Source: Ruditapes philippinarum (Eukaryota). Taken from it: 64,000 nt of DNA. The notes under the pieces were generated by a model. The model made no database searches, had not been told where the DNA came from, and saw only the letters and a list, made by a program, of their open reading frames with translations. The position numbers were made by a program, and so were the translations under genes. Positions within the stretch are counted from its first letter, which is position 1; every line of letters begins with the position of its first letter. The stretch spans positions 248,001 to 312,000 of the forward strand of contig NW_026858509.1 of assembly GCF_026571515.1 (NCBI RefSeq), given 5' to 3'. Below, in pieces: positions 61,101 through 64,000 of the stretch.

Positions 61101-62071
61101 CTTATTAAATTAGAGAAGTGGTTTCTGATTTAGAACCAAAATGATTTCTGCTTTGAAAATGAGTCATAAGTTCATCATAAATGGTGATAAGTGTTGGTAC
61201 ACTTCAATCCTAATATATCTTCTAGATATCATTGTTTCAGATGAAGGTTGTCAACCAACAGAAGCTGCTAGGTGTATTCTCACACATGGGATGTTATTTA
61301 CCTTCGCTCCTCTTTCTTCTGTACAACAGAAACAGCAAATGTGTGACAGGTGAATTTATGATTATTACAGAATTGTTTCTAATCAAAACAGCAATGAATA
61401 TGTGTTTCACAGTTAAATAAGAAGTAAATAATTATGTGCAAAAGTTTAAAAAATGTTGTCAAGTGACTACTAAAATATCCCCAAAGTAACTAGATCACAC
61501 CAAACCCTTAGGTTTATTAAATTAACTCACATTTTTGTCATAAGTTTATTTATTTATGTTAACCAAGAAAGTTTAATTTAAAAGCATTTTGTTTTTATAC
61601 AATTAATCAGGTACAAAACTGTAACTGAAGAATGCATGACCAAATGGAACAGTTGTAACTCCACCCATGTGGCTGATGTTAAACAATTCTTTGACAAGAT
61701 CGTAGATGAGTATGTATAGCAATATTTTGTGAATACTGAGTATTTTTATCACTTTTTTAGTTTAAAAAATATATATAGTACAATTTTTGTTATTCTGTTT
61801 TCATTCTGCATATATTTACATGTCTACATGGAGACAGAAGTGCATCCTTTGAGCTTTAATTAGTCAAAATAGAAATTAATTTACTATTCTTATTGAATGA
61901 TTTTAGATCTGAAATGTGTTATGCACCAAAGGAGATTGAGTGCCCTAAAGAACCAGAGGAACCCAAAGAACCAAAATGTGAACCTGGAATGGCCATGACT
62001 TTAATTTCTGAGCTCAGCATATCCTTGTCAAAATGTATCACATCAATGACAATAAAAGATCAAGTTTGCCA
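887..62071 (+). CDS. Partial giant multi-exon gene (58 exons in window, ~3,820 aa, no start or stop): Cys-rich acidic mosaic protein with ~32 six-Cys helical modules, 4 Kunitz, 3 WAP, 2 LU, 2 half-VWC domains
   Basis: Exons joined by hand at AG/GT sites. Each donor phase matches the next acceptor phase through 58 exons, except one 1-nt frameshift in E42. Recurrent C-x8-C-x7-C motif and recognisable Kunitz/WAP/LU Cys patterns. Confidence 0.88.
1586..1972. mobile_element. Large-hairpin non-autonomous element (Crypton-like architecture); same family as 49088-49492
   Basis: ~150-bp imperfect palindrome centred on gagtggtggtagccacgagt; body shared with the 49 kb copy. Confidence 0.6.
2069..2407 (+). 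CDS. Exon E2 (2-2): module C4/C5 then MEDRSG repeats and Ser/Asp-rich low complexity
   Basis: ttacag|c ... tcatc|gtaagt; [16 protein letters not shown]. Confidence 0.8.
2840..3003 (+). CDS. Exon E3 (2-1): acidic helical segment
   Basis: ctag|g ... gacg|gtaggt; in frame with E2 and E4. Confidence 0.75.
3472..3822 (+). CDS. Exon E4 (1-1): two tandem Kunitz/BPTI domains (P1 Arg and Lys)
   Basis: [27 protein letters not shown] and [26 protein letters not shown]...C. Confidence 0.95.
4130..4715 (+). CDS. Exon E5 (1-2): charged coiled-coil-like region plus module Cys
   Basis: aaag|ga ... tgtag|gtaagt; 189-aa ORF. Confidence 0.85.
4829..4978. mobile_element. Truncated copy of the palindromic Sola-like MITE
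   Basis: Left arm and centre match 57497-57650. Confidence 0.8.
5173..5454 (+). CDS. Exon E6 (2-2): helical Cys modules
   Basis: ttgcag|g ... tgtca|gtaagt. Confidence 0.87.
5740..5900 (-). mobile_element. Degenerate tRNA-derived SINE
   Basis: Reverse complement reads tggccaagtggttaa...gggttcaaaccc...tttgagcaagaaacttta. Confidence 0.55.
5910..5985. repeat. ~76-bp hairpin (mini-MITE); second copy at ~32099-32173
   Basis: tgtcaccttag..gttaacttct / taggagttaac..ctaaggagaca; same arms at 32.1 kb. Confidence 0.65.
6011..6654 (+). CDS. Exon E7 (2-1): three helical Cys modules
   Basis: ttctag|a ... atag|gtattt; within 262-aa ORF. Confidence 0.9.
7053..7167 (+). CDS. Exon E8 (1-2)
   Basis: tttcag|at ... 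tgcaa|gtaagc; [11 protein letters not shown]...ASYC. Confidence 0.8.
7743..8513. mobile_element. piggyBac-like non-autonomous element
   Basis: TTAA|ccct ... aggg|TTAA; TIR degenerate. Confidence 0.55.
8867..9009 (+). CDS. Exon E9 (2-1)
   Basis: ttttag|t ... aaaa|gtaagt; ..[16 protein letters not shown]. Confidence 0.82.
9277..9373 (+). CDS. Exon E10 (1-2)
   Basis: tcacag|tc ... tgtca|gtaagt; [15 protein letters not shown]. Confidence 0.82.
9792..10063 (+). CDS. Exon E11 (2-1): module end, acidic linker, furin site RTKR
   Basis: ttacag|a ... atag|gtataa; RTKR at 10006-10017. Confidence 0.85.
10091..10645. mobile_element. Kolobok-like MITE (TTAA target, AGG..CCT ends) hosting a nested palindromic MITE
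   Basis: ttaa|aggagctccactaagg ... ccctcagtggagtccct|ttaa. Confidence 0.65.
10130..10365. mobile_element. ~235-bp palindromic MITE, GAG..CTC ends, 4-bp TSD (Sola-like)
   Basis: aaat|gagccg...cggctc|aaat; long inverted arms ggatccagaccagcctgcgcatccgcgcagtctgatcagg. Confidence 0.85.
10763..10844 (+). CDS. Exon E12 (1-2)
   Basis: ttacag|tg ... tgcag|gtaagc. Confidence 0.8.
11632..11940 (+). CDS. Exon E13 (2-2)
   Basis: tcacag|g ... atgag|gtaatt. Confidence 0.85.
12769..12884 (+). CDS. Exon E14 (2-1)
   Basis: ttgtag|g ... gatg|gtatgc; ..[11 protein letters not shown]. Confidence 0.8.
13231..15210 (+). mobile_element. Helentron/HINE (pearl-like) element with 168-bp internal tandem repeats and a duplicated 3' end
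   Basis: 5' ttatcccccgccga; (GTCC)n microsatellite; units at 13315, 13483, 13651, 13819, 13987; subterminal inverse tcggcgggggatataa plus short hairpin and cttgtt, ending at ~14499 and ~15210. Confidence 0.85.
15249..15347 (+). CDS. Exon E15 (1-1): half-VWC-like Cys module
   Basis: [14 protein letters not shown]...[10 protein letters not shown]; NAGNAG acceptor cagcag. Confidence 0.85.
15633..15716 (+). CDS. Exon E16 (1-1): half-VWC-like Cys module
   Basis: [28 protein letters not shown]. Confidence 0.85.
15965..16073 (+). CDS. Exon E17 (1-2)
   Basis: acacag|ag ... caaaa|gtaagt; EKCRDHE..ESMCQ. Confidence 0.78.
16481..18198 (+). mobile_element. Helentron/HINE (pearl-like) element with ~9 x ~167-bp satellite units
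   Basis: 5' ttttagctcacctgagc and GTC-rich microsatellite; 3' caggtgagcg, hairpin agggccatcatggccct, cttgtt; inserted in a T-run. Confidence 0.88.
18398..18661 (+). CDS. Exon E18 (2-2)
   Basis: tcatag|t ... tgctc|gtaagt. Confidence 0.85.
18676..19492. mobile_element. Large-hairpin element
   Basis: gaaatagatatcaattct...agaattgatatctatttc palindrome (18676-18846); arm copy gagtgcattgttgtagaataatgcacg at ~19408. Confidence 0.65.
20165..20431 (+). CDS. Exon E19 (2-2)
   Basis: tttcag|a ... tgtcc|gtaagt. Confidence 0.87.
21095..21295 (+). CDS. Exon E20 (2-2)
   Basis: tttcag|g ... tgcag|gttttt (weak donor). Confidence 0.83.
21450..21920 (+). mobile_element. Degenerate copy of the 16481-18198 family
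   Basis: gtccggccggcgtccgtcc, acatctcctct, and 2 units with gtctaccaagttt..aaagccctggggtcaaaatt. Confidence 0.7.
22050..22210 (+). CDS. Exon E21 (2-1)
   Basis: ttccag|a ... actg|gtacaa. Confidence 0.8.
22225..22860. repeat. Degenerate ~29-30-bp minisatellite
   Basis: Repeated aaagctttaaccatt....ataactctt. Confidence 0.85.
23076..23918 (+). CDS. Exon E22 (1-1): Ser/Lys/Asp/Glu low-complexity exon with 11-aa and 13-aa tandem repeats
   Basis: ctacag|ct ... tcag|gtaaat; 282-aa ORF. Confidence 0.8.
23613..23903 (+). repeat. Coding 39-bp tandem repeat x ~7.5 ([13 protein letters not shown])
   Basis: Near-identical catcaaagtcggcatcagggtcagctggtagtaaaaaag units. Confidence 0.95.
25479..25679 (+). 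CDS. Exon E23 (1-1): completes the module interrupted by E22
   Basis: ttttag|ga ... agag|gtaaca; [19 protein letters not shown]. Confidence 0.8.
26334..26425 (+). CDS. Exon E24 (1-0): Ly6/uPAR (LU) domain 1, N-half
   Basis: [24 protein letters not shown]. Confidence 0.85.
27023..27194 (+). CDS. Exon E25 (0-1): LU domain 1, C-half
   Basis: [20 protein letters not shown]; 10 Cys together with E24. Confidence 0.88.
27530..27617 (+). CDS. Exon E26 (1-2)
   Basis: ttgcag|aa ... tgcag|gtatag. Confidence 0.8.
28007..28225 (+). CDS. Exon E27 (2-2)
   Basis: taacag|a ... tgcaa|gtaaga. Confidence 0.85.
28524..28648 (+). CDS. Exon E28 (2-1)
   Basis: ctttcag|g ... aaag|gtaaga; the upstream ttttag acceptor gives a stop. 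Confidence 0.75.
29111..29421 (+). mobile_element. Degenerate short HINE ending in the E29 polypyrimidine tract (related fragment at ~15745-15860)
   Basis: tttagctcatctg ... cattgtgcaaaaactttaatgtagcccattattc ... gtgctcttgt. Confidence 0.6.
29431..29616 (+). CDS. Exon E29 (1-1): WAP four-disulfide core 1
   Basis: [23 protein letters not shown] (8 Cys). Confidence 0.87.
30185..30346 (+). CDS. Exon E30 (1-1): WAP domain 2
   Basis: [38 protein letters not shown]. Confidence 0.92.
30872..31024 (+). CDS. Exon E31 (1-1): WAP domain 3
   Basis: [39 protein letters not shown]. Confidence 0.92.
31265..31355 (+). CDS. Exon E32 (1-2): unnamed Cys module, N-part
   Basis: [29 protein letters not shown]. 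Confidence 0.85.
31409..31586. repeat. 26-bp minisatellite x ~6.8
   Basis: taatgtcagtttctctatatctgtaa, perfect copies. Confidence 0.95.
31895..31971 (+). CDS. Exon E33 (2-1): unnamed Cys module, C-part
   Basis: [25 protein letters not shown]. Confidence 0.85.
32320..32640. repeat. ~31-bp minisatellite overlapping the E34 acceptor
   Basis: tatttagattaaccatgtgaaatgac units. Confidence 0.85.
32622..32795 (+). CDS. Exon E34 (1-1): Kunitz domain 3 (atypical reactive loop)
   Basis: [33 protein letters not shown]; last Cys codon split T|GT with E35. Confidence 0.9.
33426..33936. mobile_element. piggyBac-like MITE
   Basis: TTAA|cccattac ... gtaatggg|TTAA. Confidence 0.7.
34015..34188 (+). CDS. 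Exon E35 (1-1): Kunitz domain 4
   Basis: [35 protein letters not shown]. Confidence 0.92.
34605..34719 (+). CDS. Exon E36 (1-2)
   Basis: tttcag|aa ... tgcag|gtaaaa; 115 nt like E8 and E41. Confidence 0.78.
34809..35045 (+). mobile_element. tRNA-derived SINE (decayed relatives at ~12020-12265, ~24855-24945, ~45065-45140, ~56590-56745)
   Basis: A-box tggccgagtgg, B-box-like ggttccagcc; shared body ggttctac..ggtgcc..cctccacc..aaagct..aaagtc..atatgacc. Confidence 0.7.
35280..35528 (+). CDS. Exon E37 (2-2)
   Basis: attcag|a ... tgtgt|gtaagt. Confidence 0.85.
35775..36163 (+). CDS. Exon E38 (2-1)
   Basis: tttcag|a ... aatg|gtgagt. Confidence 0.88.
37030..37133 (+). CDS. Exon E39 (1-0): LU domain 2, N-half
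   Basis: [23 protein letters not shown]. Confidence 0.87.
37755..37980 (+). CDS. Exon E40 (0-1): LU domain 2, C-half, then furin site RKKR
   Basis: [24 protein letters not shown]; RKKR at 37950-37961. Confidence 0.88.
38630..38744 (+). CDS. Exon E41 (1-2)
   Basis: ttacag|ta ... tgcga|gtaaat. Confidence 0.8.
39391..39673 (+). CDS. Exon E42 (2-2), contains apparent +1 frameshift near gggg 39406-39409
   Basis: tttcag|t ... tgcat|gtgagt; as written hits TAA at 39413-39415. Confidence 0.7.
40329..40574 (+). CDS. Exon E43 (2-2), super-repeat copy 1
   Basis: tttcag|t ... tgctt|gtaagt; paralog of E51. Confidence 0.87.
41088..41563. mobile_element. Large-hairpin element (GC-rich arms)
   Basis: Palindrome 41088-41237 centred on ggtaacgaggcttgccgagttacc; tttcttgcata / tatgcaagaa inverted pair. 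Confidence 0.7.
42085..42327 (+). CDS. Exon E44 (2-2)
   Basis: ttacag|g ... tgcgc|gtaagt; paralog of E52. Confidence 0.87.
42930..43098 (+). CDS. Exon E45 (2-0)
   Basis: ttgcag|t ... gat|gtaagt; paralog of E53. Confidence 0.85.
43721..43865 (+). CDS. Exon E46 (0-1)
   Basis: caacag|ttc ... ccag|gtgtgt; 145 nt like E54. Confidence 0.83.
44384..44401 (+). CDS. Micro-exon E47 (18 nt, 1-1), EETIPA linker
   Basis: Long pyrimidine tract-tgcag|aggagacaattccagctg|gtaaga; paralog of E55. Confidence 0.72.
44845..44953 (+). CDS. Exon E48 (1-2)
   Basis: [23 protein letters not shown]; 109 nt like E56. Confidence 0.87.
46724..46819 (+). CDS. Exon E49 (2-2)
   Basis: [23 protein letters not shown]; paralog of E57. 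Confidence 0.82.
47189..47299 (+). CDS. Exon E50 (2-2)
   Basis: [26 protein letters not shown]. Confidence 0.83.
47807..48055 (+). CDS. Exon E51 (2-2), super-repeat copy 2
   Basis: ttctag|t ... tgctt|gtaagt. Confidence 0.87.
48493..48720 (+). CDS. Exon E52 (2-2)
   Basis: ttacag|a ... tgcct|gtaggt. Confidence 0.85.
49088..49492. mobile_element. Large-hairpin element, second copy of the 1586-1972 family
   Basis: Shared atgaaaataaatatttcatg..tagcca.gagt..aatcctgt.tttata..ttttctgtttattatatac..gtgaaaaataaattt. Confidence 0.6.
50007..50913. mobile_element. pogo/Tigger-like (Tc1/mariner superfamily) MITE
   Basis: TIRs cagtaaactccgcttataacgaac / gttcgctataagtgaagtttactg; TA target duplication; no ORF. 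Confidence 0.88.
51390..53728 (+). mobile_element. Helentron/HINE element with alternating 146/157-bp units, inserted in a TT of the 42-bp minisatellite
   Basis: 5' tttatacccccc hairpin and (GGTC)n; tgtcc unit starts at 51514, 51660, 51817, 51963, 52120, 52266, 52423, 52569; 3' gggggtat, hairpin atcacatttagtgat. Confidence 0.85.
54891..55920. mobile_element. Tc1/mariner-like non-autonomous DNA transposon
   Basis: TIRs cgagggatgtccggaaagttc / gaactttccggacagccctcg; TA duplication; internal inverted pair catggagcactttga / tcaaagtgctccgtg. Confidence 0.88.
57497..57731. mobile_element. Second full copy of the palindromic Sola-like MITE
   Basis: attt|gagcca...cggctc|attt. Confidence 0.85.
57754..57925 (+). 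CDS. Exon E53 (2-0)
   Basis: ttacag|a ... agt|gtcagt; [21 protein letters not shown] matches E45. Confidence 0.83.
57968..58268 (+). mobile_element. tRNA-derived SINE with Meta-type central domain
   Basis: tagttcatttggtagag..ggttcaattcc head followed by gattgatcatgaaatcctttctacggtcatt. Confidence 0.6.
59322..59466 (+). CDS. Exon E54 (0-1)
   Basis: [24 protein letters not shown]. Confidence 0.85.
59752..60413. mobile_element. Large-hairpin element nested in a small pogo-like MITE (59692-~60432)
   Basis: Palindrome 60243-60412; tatattatacc / ggtataatata inverted pair; host arms cagtaaaatctcactaatgagacc / ggtctcattaatgag. Confidence 0.65.
60527..60544 (+). CDS. Micro-exon E55 (18 nt, 1-1), DGPIPA linker
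   Basis: ttgcag|atggtcctatccctgcag|gtaaga. Confidence 0.72.
60952..61152. repeat. ~24-bp degenerate minisatellite
   Basis: aaaacagaaatggtttctgattta units. Confidence 0.8.
61241..61349 (+). CDS. Exon E56 (1-2)
   Basis: [23 protein letters not shown]. Confidence 0.87.
61611..61709 (+). CDS. Exon E57 (2-2)
   Basis: [24 protein letters not shown]. Confidence 0.83.
61907..62071 (+). CDS. Exon E58 (2-2); gene continues past the window
   Basis: ttttag|a ... tgcca|gtaagt. Confidence 0.83.
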
Positions 62072-62808
62072 GTAAGTGTATATTTCTCTTTTTAAAATTT
62101 TATGTAGTAGAACTTTTGTCTGATATTTTTTGTATATTTTAAAAAGTGTAAGTATATTTTTCTTCAAGTTGCTGTTATATTGTTAGTTATTTAAGACTAT
62201 TCAAAAAAATAATAAAGAACATACAACATTCTCAGTTTTTATTTCACGACGCATCTGCTTATATAAAATTCACATGACACGATATATCAAATAATTGATC
62301 ATTAAGTATTTATATAAGGCTGGCGTGTATTGGCCGCTCACTTATGGTAGGTTAAGGCTTAGATGCTCCTACCACAAGAAGTTATATCAATCGAAGGTGA
62401 TCAGGCGTTATCAGCAAGTTGCAATACCAAAACTTTATAAACACAAAAATGCAATGCAAAGATTTGAAGCAAACCCAAGCTAAATAAAACTAATGCAACG
62501 CAATGGCTTTGAGCAACTCAAGCCAGCAAATAGCTACACACCAACGCATTACCTCTAGAGTCTATCCAACTACATGATCATAGATCTCAGCTCCCCACGG
62601 TAACGTAATGGAAACCACTACCAACGTGAAGAGAAGAAAAACTATGAACACGCAGTTAGACTTGTGAATGTGCGAAAGAGGTACTAATTAATGTGCCAAA
62701 ATAACCTCAACAACTGCTATTTAAAGAACTGTACGCCTGATCATCCCTCAATCGATATAATTTTACGCCACAATAAATTTTAATTTATCCCCCAAATTAT
62801 AGCGAGTA

Positions 62809-63585
62809 TTACATGTTTTTAATAATTGATTCCTTTAAATGGAAAAGGTAAAATTCCAAGCCAACGGCATTTAAATGTACCCCGTCATCACGGAAAAAAT
62901 TTGTTTCCGTGTCAATGTCAGGGGAGATAGTATCACTTTTCCCCGACAGTTTTAACAATTTGTCTGCCCTGACGATTAACCCTTTTTCCGCTTTGATTCA
63001 ATTGGTTTCAAAGTAAGAGCCCTCTCCAGACCCTCCTTGGTAATATGTCAACCCAAATAAGTGTCGTCTGTGGAAAGCATCACGGAGGTAAGTAATGTCT
63101 GATTCAATAACCTTTTTTAGTTTGATTAGAGAAATAGATGTTAAATCATTACCACCTAAATGTATGATGATGATCGAAGGTGGTGATGAAAGTAGGACTT
63201 GTGTTTGTATTGAATGCCTAAAATCTGCCCATTTTAGACCTCTTACACCCCACCATGCTATAGTCTTGCCCTGTATTCTTAGGTTGGGCTTTGCTGTTGT
63301 CACGGCTCGTACTCCTGCCCAATAAGGTATTGAGTCACCGACCACCCAGACGTCAGCATTATCTTGCAAGAATCTGCTGTCCATTCCGACGTCTTCCGAC
63401 TCTGGTCTGCTCAAGCCACGTGCTTCCACGTGTTCCGCTTCTGCGCCATTCGCTTCATCTGCATTTCGTTTGCGCCCCCTTGTAACAGGTCTATCATTTG
63501 TAGGCCGCTCCTGATTCACAACTCTGCCCTGACTCGCCGCTCCTCTACGACCCATAGCTCTCCTTACGCCTCTACCTCGTGGCAT
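62809..63585 (-). pseudogene. Frameshifted SGNH/GDSL hydrolase ORF of the type carried by DIRS/Ngaro tyrosine-recombinase retroelements (intronic, antisense)
   Basis: Block I VWVVGDS, block II WGVRG and block III IHLGGND in ORF 63585-62998. Block V DDGVHLN lies near 62870-62890 after frameshifts; stop at 62809-62811. Confidence 0.75.
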
Positions 63586-64000
63586 TGCTGATATCTTAAA
63601 TCTATTTTAGCTGTCAATTTTAAATCTCTCAACGTTGTTGTCGTGTCGACTATAGCTAGCTAACTGAGAATGTTGTACTGGGAATGTTGCACGGGATTTT
63701 CGTGCAACGCGTTAACCCATCTAATGAAATTATACCTATTCTATGCGCTAACTATAACGGGAACCTGACTTATAAAATAAGCGAAACGTTACAATGTAAC
63801 GGAAGGAAACAATTTATTTCTCAAGCTAAATAAAGGAAATTATTTTCATATAAATAATTTATATTATATTTAAGATACAAAACTTTGATTTATTCTAGTT
63901 ATAGAACTATTTCTGATTTGATAAAATTATTGAATGATTTCTAACAAATAACAGACACATTTTTGATAAGTTGATTTATACAGAATTTACTTTGATTTGT

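Noticed and set aside
887-62071. Naming the gene papilin, kielin/chordin, TFPI, lustrin or RGM
   Set aside because: It lacks TSP1/Ig/PLAC domains, full VWC arrays, lustrin repeats and the RGM vWD/GDPH region; only individual domains are shared.

Overview
AT-rich eukaryotic (animal) genomic DNA; the repeat repertoire points to a bivalve mollusc or similar marine invertebrate (inference). The whole window lies inside ONE very large + strand gene. I reconstructed 58 consecutive GT-AG exons by hand (887..62071, about 11.47 kb of CDS, about 3,820 aa). Splice phases are continuous except for one apparent 1-nt frameshift at ~39406-39409. There is no start or stop codon, so the gene extends beyond both ends. 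The product is an acidic, disulfide-rich, presumably secreted mosaic protein. It has about 32 copies of a 6-Cys helical module (C1-x4..8-C2...C3-x8-C4-x7-C5...C6; neuritin/RGM-N/DUF19-like spacing), 4 Kunitz, 3 WAP, 2 Ly6/uPAR (LU) and 2 half-VWC domains, one unnamed 8-Cys module, two furin sites (RTKR, RKKR), and Ser/Lys-rich and Asp/Met-rich tandem-repeat inserts. An 8-exon block with an 18-nt micro-exon is duplicated. The introns hold Helentron-type (HINE/pearl-like) satellite-carrying elements, Tc1/mariner-, pogo-, piggyBac-, Kolobok- and Sola-like MITEs, a class of large-hairpin elements, tRNA-derived SINEs, minisatellites, many TACATGTA footprints and a degenerate SGNH-hydrolase ORF of DIRS/Ngaro type. 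No database searches were run; family names come from motif recognition.
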